Assembly (NCBI GenBank): GCA_046331705.1
Contig: JAXLQJ010000003.1
Span: forward strand, 186,001-214,896
Length of the DNA: 28,896 bases
Source: a bacterium
Lineage (GTDB): Bacteria > JADJOY01
Direction of reading: 5' to 3'
Made by a program: the position numbers and the translations under genes. Below, piece by piece: positions 17,169 through 26,706 of the stretch (its first letter is position 1; the number at the start of each line of letters is the position of its first letter). The notes beneath the pieces were generated by a model, which was not told the origin of the DNA, did not search any database, and saw only the letters and a program-made list of their open reading frames with translations.

Positions 17169-17644
17169 AGTGCCCGTTCTGCGCCAAGGACAAGGACCGG
17201 GTCATCGACTCCCGGACCAGCCGCGACGGCGAGCTCATTCGCCGTCGTCGCGAGTGCTTGAAATGCTCGCGGCGCTTCACCACCTACGAGCGGGTCGAAG
17301 AGAACCTGCCGATGGTCATCAAGAAGGACGGCCGCCGCGAGCCCTACGATCGGCAGAAGGTCATCGCCGGCATCCGGCGCGCGTGCGAGAAGCGTCCCGT
17401 TTCCACCGAGCAGGTCGAGCAGATCGTCCGCAACATCGAGGGCTATCTGCAGGACACCGGCGAGTCCGAGATCTCGAGCCGCGACATCGGGGAGCGCGTG
17501 ATGCTGTCGCTGCGCGACCTGGATCAGGTCGCGTACGTGCGTTTCGCGTCGGTGTACCGCGAGTTCAAGGACTTGAACGCGTTCATCGAGCAGCTGAACG
17601 AGCTGTTGCGCAAGGGACCGCCGCCGGCTTCGGCTCCGTCGTGA
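17165..17644 (+). CDS. nrdR: Transcriptional repressor NrdR
   Basis: [35 protein letters not shown]-cone [26 protein letters not shown] overlap with glyA. Confidence 0.98.
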   Translation: MKCPFCAKDKDRVIDSRTSRDGELIRRRRECLKCSRRFTTYERVEENLPMVIKKDGRREPYDRQKVIAGIRRACEKRPVSTEQVEQIVRNIEGYLQDTGESEISSRDIGERVMLSLRDLDQVAYVRFASVYREFKDLNAFIEQLNELLRKGPPPASAPS

Positions 17645-17766
17645 CGCTCGAAGCCGGGCGTGGGCGTGCGAGTCGGCGCATGGGGTCGCGAGCGCGGGAT
17701 CGCGTCGCGGTGGCGCCCTGAGGACCGCGCGGTGCGAATCGGACGGCAACGGAGCTCGGGCACACG

Positions 17767-18417
17767 ATGTTCACCGGATTGATCCAATCGCTCGGTACCA
17801 TCCGCCGGCGCGAGCCGCGCGCCGGTGGTCTGCGCTTTCGCATCGAGACCGAATCGCCGTTCGAGAACGTGGTCCTCGGCGAGAGCATCGCCGTCGACGG
17901 CGCGTGCCTCACGGTGGTCACGTTCGCCGGCCGGCACTTCGAGATCGACGCCTCGCCCGAGACCCTCGCCCGGACGACGCTCGGCTCGCGCCGCGAGGGC
18001 GACCCGGTCCATCTCGAGCGCGCGATGCGCGTCGGCGACAGGCTCGGCGGGCACATCGTGCTGGGTCACGTCGACGGCGTCGGCAAGCTCGTGGACCGGC
18101 GCACCTCGGGCGAGTACACCTTTCTGGGCTACGAGGCGCCCGCCGAGGTGCTGCCGTATCTGGTTCCGAAGGGTTCCATCGCGATCGACGGCGTGAGCCT
18201 CACGGTGAACGCCATCACCGATCCGCGCTTCGAGGTCGCGATCATCCCGCACACCGCGACCCACACGCATCTCGCCCGGAAGGCCGTCGGCGACACCGTC
18301 AACCTGGAAGCCGACATCCTCGCGAAGCACGTGGCTCGGCTGCTCGAGGCCTGGCGCGCACCCACCGGCGGCGTGACGCGCGAGCTGCTCGCCAAGCACG
18401 GGTTCGCGAACGAGTGA
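17767..18417 (+). CDS. ribE: Riboflavin synthase (alpha chain; ribC in E. coli nomenclature)
   Basis: MFTGLI, GESIAVDGACLTV, LERAM..RLGGHIVLGHVDG, KGSIAIDGVSLTVN, IIPHT, VNLEAD. Confidence 0.98.
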   Translation: MFTGLIQSLGTIRRREPRAGGLRFRIETESPFENVVLGESIAVDGACLTVVTFAGRHFEIDASPETLARTTLGSRREGDPVHLERAMRVGDRLGGHIVLGHVDGVGKLVDRRTSGEYTFLGYEAPAEVLPYLVPKGSIAIDGVSLTVNAITDPRFEVAIIPHTATHTHLARKAVGDTVNLEADILAKHVARLLEAWRAPTGGVTRELLAKHGFANE

Positions 18418-18483
18418 CCTCGGCTCGCCGGCCCCGCCCACGCGGCGCGCGCGAGCCGGAGCCCGGACTCGACGCGCGAAGAA

Positions 18484-18507
18484 GCCGCGAAATCGCGGCA
18501 TTTCCTT
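18484..18507 (+). terminator. Possible hairpin/terminator between ribE and ribBA
   Basis: GCCGCG-aaat-CGCGGC followed by ATTTCCTT. Confidence 0.3.
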
Positions 18508-18541
18508 GAAGCGACCCCAGCCGCTCGATTACCCTCGCCCG

Positions 18542-19792
18542 ATGCCCATGAAGCACCGCGCCACCGTCGAAGAGGCCTGCGAGGAGCTGCGTCGCGGACG
18601 TCTGCTGATCCTCGTCGACGACGAGGATCGCGAGAACGAAGGCGATCTCGTGGTGGCCGCCGAGCACGCCACGGCGGAAGCCATCCACTTCATGGCCAAG
18701 TACGGACGCGGCCTCGTCTGCATCGCGCTCACCGAGGAGCGGATCGCCGAGCTCGGCATCCGCATGATGACCGAGGAGAACCGGTCGAGCTTCGGCACCG
18801 CGTTCACGGTCTCCGTGGATGCCCGCGACGGCATCCACTCGGGCGAAAGCGCGACGGATCGCGCGCGCACCGTCGCGGTGCTCGTCGATCCCGCCAGCAC
18901 CCCGGACGACCTCGCGAGCCCCGGGCACCTCTTCCCGCTGCGGGCGCGCAAGGGCGGCGTGCTGGTGCGCGCGGGGCAGACCGAAGGCTCGGTGGACCTG
19001 GCGCGGATCGCCGGCCTGAAACCGGCGGCGGTGATCTGCGAGGTGATGCGCCCCGACGGCACGATGGCGCGGATGCCGGACCTCGAGGAGTTCGCCGAGG
19101 AGCACGGCCTCAAGATCCTCACCGTCGCGGATCTCATCGCGCACCGCATGCGCAACGAGCGGCTCGTGCACCGGATCGCCGAGTCGAATCTTCCCACGGC
19201 CTACGGCGGCGAGTTCCGCGTGATCGTGTATCGCAACGACGTCGACGTGCACGAGCACCTGGCGCTCGTGAAAGGCACGCTCGAGCCCGGCGTGCCGACG
19301 CTGGTGCGAGTCCATTCCGAATGCCTGACCGGCGACGTGTTCGGATCGATGCGCTGCGATTGCGGCGAGCAGCTCCACGCGGCCATGCGCATGCTCGACG
19401 AGGCCGGCACGGGCGTGATCGTCTACATCCACCAGGAGGGTCGCGGGATCGGCCTCGGCAACAAGATCCTCGCCTACAATCTCCAGGATCAGGGCAAGGA
19501 CACGGTCGAGGCCAACGAGGCGCTCGGCTTCAAGCCCGATCTTCGCGACTACGGCCTCGGCGCGCAGATCCTGCGCGATCTCGGCATCACCAAGATGCGA
19601 CTCATGACCAACAACCCGAAGAAGATCACCGGGCTCGAGGGTTATGGGCTGTCGGTCGTGGACCGCGTGCCGGTGGAGATCCCGCCCAACGAGGTCAACC
19701 GCCGCTACCTCGAGACCAAGCGCGCCAAGATGGGGCACGTGCTCAGTCTCGAGCCCGGCGGCGTCGCGCTGCCGGCGACGAAGGAGGCGTGA
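18542..19792 (+). CDS. ribBA: Bifunctional 3,4-dihydroxy-2-butanone-4-phosphate synthase / GTP cyclohydrolase II
   Basis: DDEDRENEGD, GTAFTVS, PGHLFPL, RAGQTEG, ICEVM; RVHSECLTGDVFGSMRCDCG, QEGRGIGL, RDYG.GAQIL, TNNP.K, YLETK..KMGH. Start uncertain (ATG 18542 or 18548, or TTG 18506). Confidence 0.97.
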   Translation: MPMKHRATVEEACEELRRGRLLILVDDEDRENEGDLVVAAEHATAEAIHFMAKYGRGLVCIALTEERIAELGIRMMTEENRSSFGTAFTVSVDARDGIHSGESATDRARTVAVLVDPASTPDDLASPGHLFPLRARKGGVLVRAGQTEGSVDLARIAGLKPAAVICEVMRPDGTMARMPDLEEFAEEHGLKILTVADLIAHRMRNERLVHRIAESNLPTAYGGEFRVIVYRNDVDVHEHLALVKGTLEPGVPTLVRVHSECLTGDVFGSMRCDCGEQLHAAMRMLDEAGTGVIVYIHQEGRGIGLGNKILAYNLQDQGKDTVEANEALGFKPDLRDYGLGAQILRDLGITKMRLMTNNPKKITGLEGYGLSVVDRVPVEIPPNEVNRRYLETKRAKMGHVLSLEPGGVALPATKEA

Positions 19793-20263
19793 ATGGCGGT
19801 CATCCGCGAAGGTCAGCTCGTCGCCAGCGGTCGCAAGTTCGGGATCGTCGTGAGCCGCTTCAACTCGTTCATCGCGGAGCGGCTGCTGGAAGGCGCCATC
19901 GACGGGCTCGTCCGCCATGGGGCGACGGAAGCCGACATCGAGGTGGTGCGCGTGCCGGGGTCGTTCGAGATCCCGCTCGCCGCGCAATGGCTCGCGGCGG
20001 CCAAGCGCCACGACGCGCTGATCTGCGTCGGCGCGGTGATCCGTGGCGGCACGCCCCACTTCGAGTACGTCGCCGCCGAGGTCACCAAGGGGATCGCACA
20101 CGTCCAGATGCAGCACGGCATCCCCATCGCGCTCGGCGTGCTGACGACCGACACCATCGAGCAAGCCATCGAGCGCGCCGGCACGAAGGCCGGCAACAAG
20201 GGCTGGGACGCGGCGATGAGCGCCATCGAGATGGTGGATCTCGCCGCCAAGCTCCGCGCCTGA
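19793..20263 (+). CDS. ribH: 6,7-dimethyl-8-ribityllumazine synthase
   Basis: [57 protein letters not shown]. Confidence 0.98.
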   Translation: MAVIREGQLVASGRKFGIVVSRFNSFIAERLLEGAIDGLVRHGATEADIEVVRVPGSFEIPLAAQWLAAAKRHDALICVGAVIRGGTPHFEYVAAEVTKGIAHVQMQHGIPIALGVLTTDTIEQAIERAGTKAGNKGWDAAMSAIEMVDLAAKLRA

Positions 20264-20308
20264 ACGCGTTCCACGAACCGGTCGGAGCAGGCTCCGACGG
20301 CCACGATC

Positions 20309-20764
20309 ATGGGATCTCGACATCGCGCTCGCACCTTGGCGCTGCAGGCGCTCTACGGTCTCGAGCTCAAGCCGCCGCGAGACGTGGAGGCTGAGCTCGC
20401 GCGATTCCTCGAGCATTTCCACCCGGACGAGGGGCTGCGCCCGTTCTTCCTGTCGCTGGTGCGCGGCACGCTGGCGCACCTGGGGGAGATCGACCAAGCG
20501 CTGGAACGGTGCTCGCAGCATTGGAAGCTCGAGCGGATGCCGGCGGTGGACCGCAACCTGCTGCGGGTCGCGGCCTACGAGGTCCTGCACGAACGCGAGG
20601 TTCCCGCCGAGGTCACCATCTCGGAAGCGGTGGATCTGGCCAAGCGCTTCGGCGGGGCGGAGACACCGAGCTTCGTCAACGCGATCCTCGATCGCGTCGC
20701 CCGCGAGGCCGGGCGCCTGCCGCTCGCGTCCGGCGCCAAGCCGGCCGAGGCGAAGCGCCCATGA
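20309..20764 (+). CDS. nusB: Transcription antitermination factor NusB
   Basis: RHRARTLALQALY, WKLERM..VDRNLLR.AAYE, P.EV.ISEAVDLAKRFG..SFVNAILD; follows ribH. Confidence 0.96.
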   Translation: MGSRHRARTLALQALYGLELKPPRDVEAELARFLEHFHPDEGLRPFFLSLVRGTLAHLGEIDQALERCSQHWKLERMPAVDRNLLRVAAYEVLHEREVPAEVTISEAVDLAKRFGGAETPSFVNAILDRVAREAGRLPLASGAKPAEAKRP

Positions 20765-21198
20765 AGCTCGTGCTCTTCGTGCTCTTCGCGACGCTCTACG
20801 TGATCGCGTGCGCGGCCACCGACGGTCTCTTCAACCGGCTCGTCTTCCGCGAGCACCGGCGGCTCTCGTACTTCTCGACCGAGAAGCGGCTCATCTACCT
20901 GCGGGGCGAGTGGTCGTGGATCTCGGTGCTCTTCCTGCTCTACCTGGGGCTGGTGGCGCCGAGCCTCGCGAGCTTCGCGATCGGCGGCGTGCGCTACCTG
21001 CTGGTGTTCTGGTTGATCTTCGCGCTCGTGAACTGGGACGTGATCTTCGGCCGCATCGTCTTCGACGACTGGCTCGGCGACCTGCCGAGCATGAAGCTCT
21101 TTCGCCTCGGCTGGATCCACACCTCGATCTGGGTGAGCATCGGGGTACGCTTGGCGCTCGCCGGGGTGATCGCATTCGCGCTCGCGCGGTGGTATTGA
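20761..21198 (+). CDS. Hypothetical integral membrane protein (145 aa, about 4 TM)
   Basis: ATGA overlap with the nusB stop; MKLVLFVLFATLYVIACAATDGLFN...; four hydrophobic stretches, Trp-rich, GC3-rich codons. Confidence 0.8.
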   Translation: MKLVLFVLFATLYVIACAATDGLFNRLVFREHRRLSYFSTEKRLIYLRGEWSWISVLFLLYLGLVAPSLASFAIGGVRYLLVFWLIFALVNWDVIFGRIVFDDWLGDLPSMKLFRLGWIHTSIWVSIGVRLALAGVIAFALARWY

Positions 21199-21315
21199 GT
21201 TCGGCCGCTCGACGGGCCCTGGCACGACCCGATCGATCCACGGCCAGATCCCGGGCCCGCTCGAAACGCGCAGCCCACATCCAACGCACCGGCCACTTTG
21301 GGTCCGGGAGGAACC

Positions 21316-21750
21316 ATGCAGCGACTCGATTCCGTGATGACCAAGGAGCTGGTGACGGTGAAGCCGCGCGACACCATCGCCTTCGCGCGCAAGCTCGCGG
21401 TGCAGCACCGCGTGAACCAGTTCCCCGTCGTGCAGGGCGGCAAGCTGGTGGGGATCCTGACCGATCGCGACCTCCGCGACGCCTTCCCCTCGGTCTTCGA
21501 CGAGGCCGAGCACGACGCCAAGGGCGTGCACGCCGACGCCTGGACCCCGGACCACGTCCGGGTCGAGTCGGTGATGAGCCGCGACCCGCACACCCTCGCC
21601 CCCGAAGCCAGCCTCGCCGACGCCGCGCGCCTCATGCGCAAGCAGCGCATCGGCTCGGTGCCCGTCGTGGACGCCCAGGGGCACCTGCTCGGGCTCATCA
21701 CCCGCAGCGACGTTCTCGACGCCTACATCCGGCTGGACGAGGCGCGCTGA
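21316..21750 (+). CDS. CBS-domain pair protein
   Basis: SD GGAGG; VMTKELVTV, FPVV..GKLVGILTDRDL, VESVMSRDP, IGSVPVVD..LLGLITRSD. Confidence 0.93.
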   Translation: MQRLDSVMTKELVTVKPRDTIAFARKLAVQHRVNQFPVVQGGKLVGILTDRDLRDAFPSVFDEAEHDAKGVHADAWTPDHVRVESVMSRDPHTLAPEASLADAARLMRKQRIGSVPVVDAQGHLLGLITRSDVLDAYIRLDEAR

Positions 21751-21801
21751 ACGATCGAGCCGGCGCCGCCGCGCGGCCACCCGGCGTGGACCGCGAACCG
21801 G

Positions 21802-22008
21802 TCAGGGCGTGGCGGGGATCTCGCGTTTGAGACCGGCCTTCCCGAGCAGCCACATCATCGGGCACCACCGCGTGAAGGCACTCTGCAGGAGATTGATCCC
21901 CACGAACGCCGTGAAGAGATACCAGCCAGGGTGAACCCAGTAGCCGAGCGCCACGCTCAGCAACACGAAGAAGCCAGCGGCCGCTCGAAGTCCTTCGTTG
22001 ATCGTCAC
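21802..22008 (-). CDS. DUF2892 / YgaP-like membrane protein
   Basis: GTG start after AGGAGAAGGA; LRAAAGFFVLLS..LFTAFVGINLLQSAFTRWCPM..L signature. Confidence 0.9.
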   Translation of the reverse strand: MTINEGLRAAAGFFVLLSVALGYWVHPGWYLFTAFVGINLLQSAFTRWCPMMWLLGKAGLKREIPATP

Positions 22009-22043
22009 GATCCTTCTCCTCGTCGCGCGCGCCGAGACCCGCC

Positions 22044-22334
22044 TCAGAGCGCGCGCTCGATGCACAGTACGAATGCGTGCAGACCTTCCGCCGGGTAGCA
22101 GCGCTCGGCGAGCGCGCCCAGCGCGCTCATGATCGCGTCCACCCGGTCGTCGGGCACCACCGTCCACGTCATCGTCGTGGTGCCCGGAAACATCCGCGTG
22201 CCGAGCTTGCGCCCGGTCTTGCCCGCGCCCGTGAGCGCGCCGATCTCGGTGTAACCCTCCACGCCCAGGTCGAGCAGCACCTGATGCAGCTCGTCGCTGC
22301 GGCTCGTGGAGCACATCGCCACGATCAGCTTCAT
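22044..22334 (-). CDS. P-II-like, transporter-associated small protein (PG0541-like)
   Basis: MKLIVAM..., LGVEGYT, T-loop-like GAGKTGRKLGTRMFPG, VVPDDRVDAI, GLHAFVLCIE; TGATG overlap with the RND stop; SD AAGGAGG. Confidence 0.8.
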   Translation of the reverse strand: MKLIVAMCSTSRSDELHQVLLDLGVEGYTEIGALTGAGKTGRKLGTRMFPGTTTMTWTVVPDDRVDAIMSALGALAERCYPAEGLHAFVLCIERAL

Positions 22335-25300
22335 CACGCGCCTCCTTCGCTCGGACGAGTCGCCGCCGGCTCGGCGCCCCGGACCATCGCGTAGATCACC
22401 GGCACCACGCCCAGCGTGAAGAGCGTCGATGCGAAGATGCCGAAGATGAAGGCCCACGCGAGCCCCGAGAAGATCGGGTCGAGCGTGATGACCCAGGCAC
22501 CGAAGATCGCCGCCCCCGCGGTGAGCAGGATGGGCCGGAGACGCACGGCGCCCGCCTCCACCACCGCCTCGGCGAGCGGCCGTCCGCGACTGCGCTCGAC
22601 CTCGATGAAGTCGATCAGGATGATCGAGTTGCGCACCACGATGCCGGCCAACGCGATCATCCCGATCATCGCGGTCGCCGTGAAGAAGATCGGCGAGGTG
22701 TAGCCGGCGACCGTCTTCCCCGCGACGACGTTGAGCAGCCAGAAGCCGGGCAGGATGCCGATCAACGTGAGCGGGATCGCCGCCATGATCACCAGCGGGA
22801 TCCCGAAGCTCTGGGTCTGCGCCGCCAAGAGCACGTAGATCCCCGCCAGCGCCACGCCGAAGGCGAGCCCGAGGTCGCGGAACACGTCCACCGTGATCTT
22901 CCACTCGCCCTCGCCGGCCATGTCGATCTTGAATCCGCTCGGCGAGGGTTGCGCCTCGAGCTGACGCTCGATCCCGAACACCGCCTCGACGGGCGAGGTT
23001 CCGGCGACCTCCGCGGTCACGAACGCGAAACGCCTCAGATCCTTGTGGTAGTGGGTGATCTCCTCGGCGCTCTCGACCGCGCGCACCAGGGCGCCGAGTC
23101 GGACCGAGCTTCCGTCGCCGGCACGCATCTCGAGCGCCAGCGCATCGTCGATGCGAGCGCGATTCGCCTGCGCGAGGCGCACGCGCACCGGTATCGAGTC
23201 GCGCTCGCCGAGCACCTGCAAGGCCGCCGGGTCCGCGCCGCCGAGCGCCGCCCCCAAGGTCTTCACGACGTCCGCGGGCGCGATGCCGTGAAGCGCCGCC
23301 TTCTCGCGATCGACCGCCAACGTCCAGCGGCTGCGCGGCTCTTCGGCCGTGGAGTCGACGTCGACGACGCCGGGCACCGCGCGGAAGAGGCCCTCGATGC
23401 GGCGCGCTTCTGCGGCGATCTCGGTGTAGCTCGCGTGCTCGGGGCCGTAGACCTCCGCGACCACCGTCGCGAGCACCGGCGGACCAGGCGGCGTCTCGAC
23501 GATCTTGAGGCTGGCGCCGGTGCGCGCCGCGATGCGCTCGATCTCCGGTCGGATGCGAAGCGCGATCTCGTGGCTCTGCATCTGGCGCTCGTGCTTCGGC
23601 AGCAGGTTCACGCGCACCTCGCCCACGCTCCCGCCGCGGCGAAGGAAGTAGTGCCGAACCATCCCGTTCATGTCGGTGGGACCGGCCTCGCCGACGTAGC
23701 TCTGGAAATCCCGTACCTCGGGCAGCGCGGCGAAGAACTCCTCCACCTCGCGTGTGACGCGGTCGGTGTCCTCGAGCGCGGTGCCGTCGGGAGCATCGAT
23801 CACCACCACCAGCTCGTCCTTGTTGCCGAACGGCAGCATCTTCATCGGCACCAGCCCCATCGCCGCGAGCGCGACGGACGCGAGCAGCGCCACCACCACC
23901 GCGCCCAGGAAGAGCGTCCCGCGCCGCCGCGAGCCCAGCAGAGAACGCGCGAATCTCCGGTAACGATCGACCAGGGGGCCCGAGGCCGTGTCGTGCTCGG
24001 CGTGCTGCGCGAGAGCCTGCGAGCCGCCCGGTGCGCCACCCGGCGCGGGACGCCCCGGGTGCGCCTTGCGCAACAGCCGGTAGCTCGCCCACGGCGTCAC
24101 CGTGAACGCCATCACCAGCGACAGCACCATCGCCAGCGGCACGTGATACGGCATCGGCCGCATGTAGGGCCCCATCATCCCGGTCACGAAGAACATCGGC
24201 AGGAACGACAGGATCACGGCAATGGTGGCGAGGATCGTCGGCGGGCGCACCTCGTCGACGGCGAAGAGCGTCGCCTCGCGCGGCGGCAGCCGGCCCAGCT
24301 GGAAGTGGCGGTGAATGTTCTCGACGTCGACGATCGGATCGTCGACCAAGAGGCCGAGGGAGAGGATGAGCGCGAAGAGCGTGACGCGGTTGATCGTGTA
24401 GCCGACCATCCAGCCGCCCAGCAGCGTCAGCGCCAGCGTCATCGGCACCGCCAGCGCCACGATCGCCGCTTCGCGCGTCCCCAGGCTCAGCGCCAGAAGC
24501 GCGATGATGGTGACCACGGCGATGGTGAGGTGCTTCACCAGCTCGTTGACCTTCTCGTTGGCGGTCTCGCCCCAGTTGCGCGTGACGCGCACGCCCACGT
24601 CGCTGGGGATGGTCTGGCCGCGGAGCTCGTCGACCCGCGCCAGCACGTGCTCGGCGACGGTGACCGCGTTCGAGCCCTTGCGCTTCGCGATCGCGATCGT
24701 CACGGCATCGCGGGTCGCGCCGCTCTCCGGATCGCCCGGTCCGAAACCGATGCGCGTGTAGCTGGTCGGCGACTCGGGTGCGTCACGCACCGTCGCCACG
24801 TCGCCCAGATGAACTGGCGCGCCGTCGTGAACGCCGATCACCAGGGCTTCCACATCCGCTGCGCTCGCGAGCGCGGGCCCCACGTCCACGGCGGTCTCGC
24901 GTCCGTTGGCGACCAGGGATCCAGCGCGCGCCGTGCTCGAGGCGCCGGCGAGGGCATGCAGCACGTCGATCGTGGTCGCGCGCCGCGCGGCGAGCCGCGC
25001 GGGATCGATCGCCACGGCGACCTCGCGGGCGCGCCCGCCGATCACCGTGATCCGCGCGGTGTCGGAGACCTCGCCCAGGCGCTGCGCCGTCTCACGCGCG
25101 ATCTCGCGAAGCGCCTGCTCGTCGACCTCCGAGCCGCGCTCCGCGAACAGCGTGAGCGTCACGAACGGCAGGTCGTCGATCTCGATGGGCTTCACGACCC
25201 AGCCCGCGACGCCGGCCGGCACGCGGTCCACGTTCATCGAGATCTTGTTGTAGAGCTTCACGATCGAGCGCTCGCGGTCCTCGCCCACCTTGAAGCGAAC

Positions 25301-25600
25301 CGTGACCACGGCCTCGCCCGGTCGCGCCATCGAGTAGACGTGCTCGACGCCGTCGATCTCCCACAGCAAGGACTCGAGACGGTTGCTGACCAGATCCTCG
25401 ACCTCACGAGCGCTCGCGCCGGGAAACGACACCAGCACGTCCGCGACCGGCACCACGATCTGCGGCTCCTCCTCGCGCGGCATGCCGACCAGCGTCGCGA
25501 TCCCCGCGAGCAGCGAGAACACGATCAGAAGCGGCGAGAGCTTCGACGTCAGGAAGACATCGACGATCTTCGCCGTGAAGCCGAGCGGCTCGGACTTCAT
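22334..25600 (-). CDS. RND efflux permease subunit (AcrB/AcrD/AcrF superfamily), 1088 aa
   Basis: Start MKSEPLGF overlapping the MFP stop (ATGA); PREEEPQI, FPGASAREVE, LGLLVDDPIVDVENI, GMMGPYMRP, GIVVRNSIILIDF, RLRPILLT. Confidence 0.95.
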   Translation of the reverse strand: MKSEPLGFTAKIVDVFLTSKLSPLLIVFSLLAGIATLVGMPREEEPQIVVPVADVLVSFPGASAREVEDLVSNRLESLLWEIDGVEHVYSMARPGEAVVTVRFKVGEDRERSIVKLYNKISMNVDRVPAGVAGWVVKPIEIDDLPFVTLTLFAERGSEVDEQALREIARETAQRLGEVSDTARITVIGGRAREVAVAIDPARLAARRATTIDVLHALAGASSTARAGSLVANGRETAVDVGPALASAADVEALVIGVHDGAPVHLGDVATVRDAPESPTSYTRIGFGPGDPESGATRDAVTIAIAKRKGSNAVTVAEHVLARVDELRGQTIPSDVGVRVTRNWGETANEKVNELVKHLTIAVVTIIALLALSLGTREAAIVALAVPMTLALTLLGGWMVGYTINRVTLFALILSLGLLVDDPIVDVENIHRHFQLGRLPPREATLFAVDEVRPPTILATIAVILSFLPMFFVTGMMGPYMRPMPYHVPLAMVLSLVMAFTVTPWASYRLLRKAHPGRPAPGGAPGGSQALAQHAEHDTASGPLVDRYRRFARSLLGSRRRGTLFLGAVVVALLASVALAAMGLVPMKMLPFGNKDELVVVIDAPDGTALEDTDRVTREVEEFFAALPEVRDFQSYVGEAGPTDMNGMVRHYFLRRGGSVGEVRVNLLPKHERQMQSHEIALRIRPEIERIAARTGASLKIVETPPGPPVLATVVAEVYGPEHASYTEIAAEARRIEGLFRAVPGVVDVDSTAEEPRSRWTLAVDREKAALHGIAPADVVKTLGAALGGADPAALQVLGERDSIPVRVRLAQANRARIDDALALEMRAGDGSSVRLGALVRAVESAEEITHYHKDLRRFAFVTAEVAGTSPVEAVFGIERQLEAQPSPSGFKIDMAGEGEWKITVDVFRDLGLAFGVALAGIYVLLAAQTQSFGIPLVIMAAIPLTLIGILPGFWLLNVVAGKTVAGYTSPIFFTATAMIGMIALAGIVVRNSIILIDFIEVERSRGRPLAEAVVEAGAVRLRPILLTAGAAIFGAWVITLDPIFSGLAWAFIFGIFASTLFTLGVVPVIYAMVRGAEPAATRPSEGGA

Positions 25601-26706
25601 GACTCGCTCCCGCCCACCACGACCTCGTCGCCCACGGCGAGTCCGGCGAGGATCTCCACGAGATCCCCCGATGGACCCAACCCGCGGCGGCCCACGCGCA
25701 CGTTGAGAACGCGCATTCCACGCTCGGCGGTCGCGACGCGCACCGTCTGGACCTGGCCCACCGCGCGTACCGCGCGCTCCGGCACCGCCAACACGCGATC
25801 CGCGGCGCCCGCGAGGACCAGCCGCGCGAACGTGCCGGATCGCACCGGCGTGCCGGCGGGGATCGCCGCCTTCACGATGACGGTGCGAGTGCGCGGGTCC
25901 GCCGCGGGCACGATCTCGTCGACGGTCACGGCGAGCGGCGCGCGCTCGCCGTCGATCATCACCGTCGCCGGACTGCCGAGGGCGAGCGAACGCGCGGCAT
26001 CCTCGCCGACGGTGGCCTCGACCCGCAGATGGTCCGGGTCGATCACCACGAGCAGCGGCACGCCGGGGGCGGCGAGCGCACCGGGGTCCACGCGTCGCTC
26101 GACCACCACTCCCGCGAACGGCGCGACCAGCTCGGCCTCTGCGCTGAACACCCGCGCCTGGTCGACCGCGCGCGCGGCACCCGTGGCCGCCGCACGCGCC
26201 GCCTCCAGGGCGGCGCGCGCCTGATCGAGCTGCTGCGGGGTCGCCGCTTTCTCGGCGAAGAGCTGCTCGACCCGCGCTGCGTCCTTCTGAACCCGCTCGG
26301 CCTCGGCCTGCGCGGACGCCAGCGCGGCCTGTGCTTGGCTCAGCTTGGCGGTGGTGTCGCGGGCATCGAGGCGCACCAGCACCTGACCGGCCTCGACCCG
26401 ATCGCCGGGGTTCACCAGCACCTCGCGCACCGCCGCCTGAATCCGCGGCGCCAACCCGGCCTCGCTGCGCGAGCGCACGGTGCCGGGAGCCTCGATGGCG
26501 CGGGGCACGTTCAGCGCGACCACGCGCACCGTGGCGGCGCCGGCGGGCAACGTCGCTTGCGCGCTCGTGCGCGCGGCGTCCTCGGGACCGATGCGGTGCC
26601 CGGAGAACGTGCCCTCGAGCCACGCGAACATCGCGATGAGACCCAGGGCTGCGCCGATGGTGGCCCACGCCTTGGGAGCGATTCGTCTTCGATTGGCGGT
26701 GCTCAC
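25597..26706 (-). CDS. RND efflux periplasmic adaptor (membrane fusion protein)
   Basis: GTG start overlapping the TolC stop; N-terminal TM; lipoyl halves VNPGDRVEAGQVLVRLD and APFAGVV...PG; coiled-coil hairpin; PAADPRTRT, SGTFAR, GLAVGDEVVV. Confidence 0.92.
   Translation of the reverse strand: MSTANRRRIAPKAWATIGAALGLIAMFAWLEGTFSGHRIGPEDAARTSAQATLPAGAATVRVVALNVPRAIEAPGTVRSRSEAGLAPRIQAAVREVLVNPGDRVEAGQVLVRLDARDTTAKLSQAQAALASAQAEAERVQKDAARVEQLFAEKAATPQQLDQARAALEAARAAATGAARAVDQARVFSAEAELVAPFAGVVVERRVDPGALAAPGVPLLVVIDPDHLRVEATVGEDAARSLALGSPATVMIDGERAPLAVTVDEIVPAADPRTRTVIVKAAIPAGTPVRSGTFARLVLAGAADRVLAVPERAVRAVGQVQTVRVATAERGMRVLNVRVGRRGLGPSGDLVEILAGLAVGDEVVVGGSES

Noticed and set aside
17645-17766. 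FMN riboswitch or ribD remnant upstream of ribE; 26-aa GTG ORF 17641..17721
   Set aside because: No AGGGCGGGG/AAxTCCCxACCG FMN signature and no RibD motifs. The short ORF stops 45 nt before ribE.
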